Part shown: piece by piece, positions 38,916 to 43,797 of the stretch
How the letters are laid out: each line of letters begins with the position of its first letter
Position numbering within the stretch: the first letter of the stretch is position 1
DNA from: Planctomycetota bacterium
GTDB lineage: Bacteria > Planctomycetota > UBA11346
Direction of reading: 5' to 3'
NCBI GenBank assembly: GCA_038213805.1
Contig: JBBQSO010000043.1
Location: 1 to 43,797 of the forward strand
Length of the DNA: 43,797 bases
Position numbers and translations under genes: made by a program
The notes under the pieces: generated by a model
The model's database searches: none
Seen by the model: only the letters and a program-made list of their open reading frames with translations
Told to the model about the DNA's origin: nothing

Positions 38916-40661
38916 ATGCGCCAGCTCCGTCCGGTCCTGCTCTGCCTGTTCCTTGGACTGCTGATGACCATCGGCACGGCGCTGGTCGCGGCTGATTCGA
39001 CCACGCTTACCATCACCGCGTGCGGCGCCACGGCGGATGATCGCAGCGATTGCACGCCGGCGGTGCAGATGGCGCTCGCCCGCTGCCGCAGCGAGGGCAT
39101 CCACACCCTGGTCTTTCCCAAGGGCCGCTACGATTTCTTCCCGACGCGCGCGACCGAGCGCTACCTGGCGGTCTCGAACAACGACCCCGGCCTGAAGCGC
39201 ATCGCCTTCCCGCTGGTCGGGATCAGCGACCTGGTGATCGACGGCCAGGGCGCCGACCTGGTTTTCCACGGCGTCATCGTGCCCTTCAGTCTCGAGGGCG
39301 CGCAGCGCATCACCCTGCGTCATCTCAGCATCGATTGGCAGCGGCCCTTTCACAGCGAAGGCCTGGTGGTGGCCGTCGACGCTGGCGGCGTCGAGTTGAC
39401 CTTCAGCGACGAGTTCCCCTACAAAGTTGTGGGCGGACGGTTCGTGCCGCAGGGCGACAACCAACAGGGGGTCGAGATCGACAACGCACTCGAGTTCGAC
39501 ACCGCGCTGCGCGAGACCGCCTTCCAAGTCTCCGACAATTACGGCTTCGCCGACAAGGTCACCGCCAGCGCGGTCGCGCCGGGGCGCGTGCGCTTCGCCG
39601 GTACGTTCAGTACGCCGCAGCCGAAGCTGGGCAACCTCATGGCGCTGATGCAGAGCCACCGCCTAGCGCCGGCGATCGTCATCCAGGAGAGTCGCGACGT
39701 GCGCCTGCAGGATGTCGCCATCTACCACGCCGGCGGGATGGGCGTGATCGCGCAGCGTTCCAGCGACCTCGTGCTGGAACGGCTGGTGGTCGCACCGCGT
39801 CCCGGCGGCAAGCGCCTGATCTCGGCGACGGCGGACGCCACGCATTTCTCCGGGTGCGGCGGTGCCATCACCATGACCGGCTGCCGCTTCGAGAACCAGG
39901 TCGATGACGCGACCAACGTGCACGGCATCTACACGCGTGTCACCGCCCGCCCGGACGAGCGCAGCGTCGAGGTCAAGCTGATGCACCCGCAACAATTTGG
40001 CGTGCGCGTCGCCGACGTCGGCGACCTGATGCAGTTCATCCACGCCGATACCCTGGCCGGCTACCACCGCGCCGCCGTCACCGCGGTGCGAGTGATCAAC
40101 CAGGAATACACCGTATTGACCTTCGCAGAGCCGCTGCCCGCGCAGCTGCGCCTGACCGATGGCGTGCTCGACCTGCGCTGGAGCGCTGACTTCACCGCGC
40201 GCGGCAACCGCTCGCGCGGCAACCGCGCCCGTGGCTTCCTGATCTCGACGCCGGGCAAGGTGCTGATCGAGGACAACGATTTCCACGTCCCCGGCTCGGC
40301 GATCATCATCGCCGGCGACGCCAATTACTGGTTCGAGTCGGGCCCGGTCGGCGACGTCACCATCCGCGGCAACCGCTTCACCGCCTGCGGCTACGGCACG
40401 TGGGGACGCGCGACCATCGCGGTCGAACCGGAGATCCGCGTCGAGCACCGGGGGCTTCCGCGCTACCACCAAGGCATCCACATAACCGGCAATGCCTTCG
40501 AAGTGGTCGACAACCGCGTGCTGTTCGCGCATTCGGTCGCGGGTCTGGAATTCACCGGCAACACTTTTACGCCGAGCGCAACCTATCCGGCCACGCATGC
40601 GGATGCCAAGCGCTTCACGGTGACGGATTGTGACGACGTCGTGCTGCAGGCGGAGCACTGA
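38916..40661 (+). CDS. Secreted parallel beta-helix glycosidase, GH110 alpha-galactosidase-like
   Basis: Signal peptide; FPKGRYDF, ADATHFSGC.G...FENQ.DDATNVHGIY, NRARGFLISTPGKV.IE.N, GDANYWFESGPV. Confidence 0.85.
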   Translation: MRQLRPVLLCLFLGLLMTIGTALVAADSTTLTITACGATADDRSDCTPAVQMALARCRSEGIHTLVFPKGRYDFFPTRATERYLAVSNNDPGLKRIAFPLVGISDLVIDGQGADLVFHGVIVPFSLEGAQRITLRHLSIDWQRPFHSEGLVVAVDAGGVELTFSDEFPYKVVGGRFVPQGDNQQGVEIDNALEFDTALRETAFQVSDNYGFADKVTASAVAPGRVRFAGTFSTPQPKLGNLMALMQSHRLAPAIVIQESRDVRLQDVAIYHAGGMGVIAQRSSDLVLERLVVAPRPGGKRLISATADATHFSGCGGAITMTGCRFENQVDDATNVHGIYTRVTARPDERSVEVKLMHPQQFGVRVADVGDLMQFIHADTLAGYHRAAVTAVRVINQEYTVLTFAEPLPAQLRLTDGVLDLRWSADFTARGNRSRGNRARGFLISTPGKVLIEDNDFHVPGSAIIIAGDANYWFESGPVGDVTIRGNRFTACGYGTWGRATIAVEPEIRVEHRGLPRYHQGIHITGNAFEVVDNRVLFAHSVAGLEFTGNTFTPSATYPATHADAKRFTVTDCDDVVLQAEH

Positions 40662-40958
40662 GTGCGCATAGCGGTGCGCGCACCCCGCCGTGATGTCCAC
40701 TGAGGGCATGGTGGGCATGCGTGCCGGATGTCGGTGCGCGCAGCGAGGTCATGCAGGATGGCCATGGTGCCCATCCGGGACGAATGCCCTGCTGGCCTGA
40801 AAAGTCCCATATTTTCACAGATTGTTAATAATAACTAAAGCGAATAGGGCGCGTTGCGCAGAACCTGCCAGCGGGCCATACGGACGTACGCACCTCACTA
40901 ATCCATGCCTGGAATGGGCTTCTCCAGCGTCTTGCCGCCGTTAGCGTCCCGCCCGACC

Positions 40959-42014
40959 ATGGTCAGCCCCCCACGCCCGCTCACCCACAAAGACATCGCC
41001 CGGCTGGTGGGAGTGTCGCAGTCGACGGTTTCACGCGCGCTCGACCCGGCCAGTTCGCATCTCATCAGCGACAAAGTGGTGGAGGACATCCAGCGCGTTT
41101 CGAAAGAGATGGGTTTCCAGGGCAACATCCTCGCCCGCCGCCTGCGCAACCGCCGCGCTGAAACTATCACCCTGGTCGTCCCTTCCGAGGCCTTCAAGCC
41201 ACCCGGCAACCTCGACTTCGAGGTCGGCAACCACCTGCTGACGTGGAAGGAGGTGCAGGGGGTGATGAGCGAGGCGCTGCGCCGCAGCTACGAAGTCAAG
41301 CTGGTGCCGCAATTCGATGATGAACCGGCCCTCGCTGAGCAGCTGCTCGCGCGCATCGGCTATCCGCATTCCGACGGTGTGATCTTCGGCGGTCTTGGCA
41401 CGCTCACCGCCACCGCCGCGACGCTTAAGCAGCGCGGCGTACCCGCGGTGGTGATGGGCGCCTTCCCGATGGCCGCGCCGTGGCCGCTGGTCGCCTTCGA
41501 CCAGGTGCCGGGCATCGCCGCCGGCCTGCGTCAGCTCATCGCCCAGGGTCGCCGGCGCATCGCCTACCTCGGTTTCGCGCCGGATTTCACCAGCGAGTTG
41601 GGATGGCTGCCGCGCTTCGCCGCGTGGCGCGACACTCTGCGCGAGGCCGGCCTGTACCAACCGGAGCTGGCCATCCACCTGCCCGACGAGCGCAGCCTGC
41701 GCGCCTACCTTGCCAGCCATGGCCAGGCGCTGCCCTTCGACGCGGCCTTCTGCAGCAACGACATCTTTGCCGCGCGTCTGGTGCGTGAACTGATCGCCAT
41801 CGGGCGCAGCGTTCCCGGCGACATCGCGGTGCTCGGTTTCGACAACAATCCGCAGTTCCGCAGCGGCCCGCACGCGCTGTCGAGCGTCGACCTGCCGCTG
41901 GAGGAGCGCGGCCGGCGCGCGCTCAACCTGCTCGTCGACTGGATCGAGCACGGCACCGAGCCGCCGCTGCTCGACCTGATGCCGTCGACGTTCGTGCCGC
42001 GCGCCACGACCTGA
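40959..42014 (+). CDS. LacI family transcriptional regulator
   Basis: THKDIARLVGVSQSTVSRAL HTH, ARRL hinge, FCSND..A, VPGDIAVLGFDN. Confidence 0.93.
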   Translation: MVSPPRPLTHKDIARLVGVSQSTVSRALDPASSHLISDKVVEDIQRVSKEMGFQGNILARRLRNRRAETITLVVPSEAFKPPGNLDFEVGNHLLTWKEVQGVMSEALRRSYEVKLVPQFDDEPALAEQLLARIGYPHSDGVIFGGLGTLTATAATLKQRGVPAVVMGAFPMAAPWPLVAFDQVPGIAAGLRQLIAQGRRRIAYLGFAPDFTSELGWLPRFAAWRDTLREAGLYQPELAIHLPDERSLRAYLASHGQALPFDAAFCSNDIFAARLVRELIAIGRSVPGDIAVLGFDNNPQFRSGPHALSSVDLPLEERGRRALNLLVDWIEHGTEPPLLDLMPSTFVPRATT

Positions 42015-42224
42015 TTCATCCTGCAGGGAACGGATCGTCCGCTGGTGGCGGACACTCCGCGTCCGTGCGCGTTCCACCGCTGGTCCGCACACTGTCCCAG
42101 TGAACGGGTCGCGCTACGCGTGCGCGGCTGGTTCTTGCGTCCAGCCGTCGCTGCGGACGCTTGGCCTGCTGATTCCCGCTCCCGGCCGGACCGGCCAGGT
42201 AGACGTGGAAAGCTGGAGGCAGCC

Positions 42225-43634
42225 GTGACCATCCGCCCGCTCCGCATCCGTTCCCGGCAGCGCGCCGCTGCGCTCGGCCTGCTGCTCGCCAGTGCCGCCA
42301 GCGCTGCGGCCGCGGCAGCCGACGTCTACCAGGCGCCTGACGCCGAACCGACGCCGGCTGAAACGCTGATCCTCGAGTTGATGAACCGTTTCCGCGCCGA
42401 TCCGTCCGCGGAGGCCGATTTCATCGTCGCGCATTACGGCAAGCCGAACGGTATCTTCGGCAGCGCCGACACCGCGATGTTCCTCAAAGAGGTCAAAGCG
42501 CTCAACCCGATGCCGCCGGTGGTCATGAACCTCGCGCTGCTCGATGCGGCGCGCAAACACTCCTTTTACATGATCCGCAACGGTCTCGGCCACGTCGAAG
42601 AGCCGGGCAAGCCCGGTTTCAGCGGCGCATCGCCATGGGATCGCATGAAGCTCGCCGGCTACCCGGGCGGGGGCGGCGGCGAGAACGCCTTCGCCGGCGC
42701 GCAAAGCCCGCTCGACAGCCACGTACGCTTCATCGTCGATGACGGTGCCGGCCCGGGTGGCATGCAGCCCGGGCGCGGACATCGCGCGAACATGATCGGC
42801 AGCTTCCGCGAGGTCGGCCCCGGTGCCGTACCGAACGGCCGTGGGCTGTCGGTGACCCACGATTTCAGCAGTCGCAGCACGGCGCGCCTGGCTGGCGGCG
42901 TGGTCTACGTCGATTTCGACGACGACAAATTCTACAGCATGGGCGAGGGCAAGGACGGCGTGCTCATCACCGCCAGTGACGGCAGCCACGCCACCACCTG
43001 GGGCAGCGGCGGCTATGCGCTCGAACTCAAATCCGCCGGGCCGATCTCGCTCAAGGCCGAATACCACGGCCAGCAATTCACCAAGACCTTTCCCGCCGCA
43101 GCGGACAGCATCGGCTTTTCGTGGGTGATCGCGCCGCAGGTTGAAACCGAACTGTGCGACAAGCTGCTTGCCGCGCTCGCCAAGGAGGCCGACGCCGCCA
43201 GTCCAGCGCACACCAAGGCTGCGATCGCCCTGGCAGTGGCCGCGCCCGGCCTACTTGTCGACGCAGCGCACCGTGACCAGGTCAAGGCCGCGCTTGGTGA
43301 TACCGGCGACCAGCTCGCCGCCGCCCAGGCGGACGTGCGCAGCGGCTTCGCAGGTGACGCGGTGGCGATGCGCAAACTGCTCGCCGACCATGGCAAGACC
43401 TACCGCGGCACCGCTGCCGCCGCCTGGTTCAAGGAAGCCGAGGTTGTCTTCAATGCCAGCCAGTCGGTGCACGGCTTTCTCAAGCAGGCTGCCGCCGTGA
43501 AGCCCGCCCCCAGCGCCGAGCGCGATCTCATCAAGCAGCTTGAAGGTGCGCGCGAGGCGCTGCGTTTCGGCGAATTCAGCGGGCGTCTCGCGGGCCTGGT
43601 CGCGCTGGTGCGAAGCCGGCCTGCGGGCGCCTGA
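42225..43634 (+). CDS. Secreted CAP (SCP) domain protein with beta-sandwich and helical C-terminal regions
   Basis: GGAGG then GTG 42225; signal peptide; LELMNRFRADP, AARKHS..M....GH, GEN, GHRANM, EVG; then GVVYVD.D.D.FY..GEG..GV.I. Confidence 0.8.
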   Translation: MTIRPLRIRSRQRAAALGLLLASAASAAAAAADVYQAPDAEPTPAETLILELMNRFRADPSAEADFIVAHYGKPNGIFGSADTAMFLKEVKALNPMPPVVMNLALLDAARKHSFYMIRNGLGHVEEPGKPGFSGASPWDRMKLAGYPGGGGGENAFAGAQSPLDSHVRFIVDDGAGPGGMQPGRGHRANMIGSFREVGPGAVPNGRGLSVTHDFSSRSTARLAGGVVYVDFDDDKFYSMGEGKDGVLITASDGSHATTWGSGGYALELKSAGPISLKAEYHGQQFTKTFPAAADSIGFSWVIAPQVETELCDKLLAALAKEADAASPAHTKAAIALAVAAPGLLVDAAHRDQVKAALGDTGDQLAAAQADVRSGFAGDAVAMRKLLADHGKTYRGTAAAAWFKEAEVVFNASQSVHGFLKQAAAVKPAPSAERDLIKQLEGAREALRFGEFSGRLAGLVALVRSRPAGA

Positions 43635-43642
43635 CGGCGAGA

Positions 43643-43666
43643 CCCTAGGCCCTAGTCCCTAGACCC
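43643..43666. repeat. Heptamer tandem repeat (CCCTAGN)x3
   Basis: ccctagg ccctagt ccctaga ccc just after the CAP gene stop. Confidence 0.7.
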
Positions 43667-43797
43667 AATGGCGTTCACTTATCACCCGCCCCTCTGGACG
43701 GACCTTCCGAAGGGCATCTTGGATTCCCTGGGGGCGTGTCTATTGGGCCGAGGTGAGTAGGCAAATTGTCGGAGAACGCGGATGCACTGTTCCGTCA

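Noticed and set aside
40690..40780. Another repeat-armed hairpin (gggcatggtgggcatg ... catggtgcccat)
   Set aside because: Complementarity is too short and imperfect to distinguish from chance.

Overview
Very GC-rich bacterial chromosomal segment with about 38 protein-coding genes. Gene content and repeat style suggest Planctomycetota, but this is inference. I recognised no rRNA, tRNA, CRISPR array, transposase or integrase. In order it contains: a 5'-truncated RNase E/G gene, rplU, an exported DUF2225-like protein, holB and a short sigma-70 factor; a minus-strand group (SecB-like protein, SagB/ThcOx-type flavoprotein, LPP20-like lipoprotein); a GldA/GldF-GldG/DUF4340 ABC system; a PPP phosphatase, a dciA-like gene, dut-coaX-ybeY and an MFS transporter; DUF2383 and YHS-like genes; a complete, divergently split cbb3 oxidase locus ending in an atypical Rrf2 regulator; two hydrolase-like genes; a MocR regulator facing an SDR/CoA-transferase/thiolase/GntP operon; a GH110-like glycosidase, a LacI regulator and a CAP-domain protein. 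Main findings: (1) the same tripartite AACAGT/AACAGT/ACTGT operator-like motif, with identical 24- and 20-bp offsets, lies in both intergenic regions around the MocR locus, linking the hydrolases to the CoA operon; (2) a divergent SecB-like ORF; (3) a ~125-bp tandem array plus several intergenic elements bounded by inverted short-tandem-repeat arms; (4) an Rrf2 lacking its cluster-binding segment, with a perfect palindrome in the cco promoter. All family assignments come from motif recognition by eye; no searches were run.
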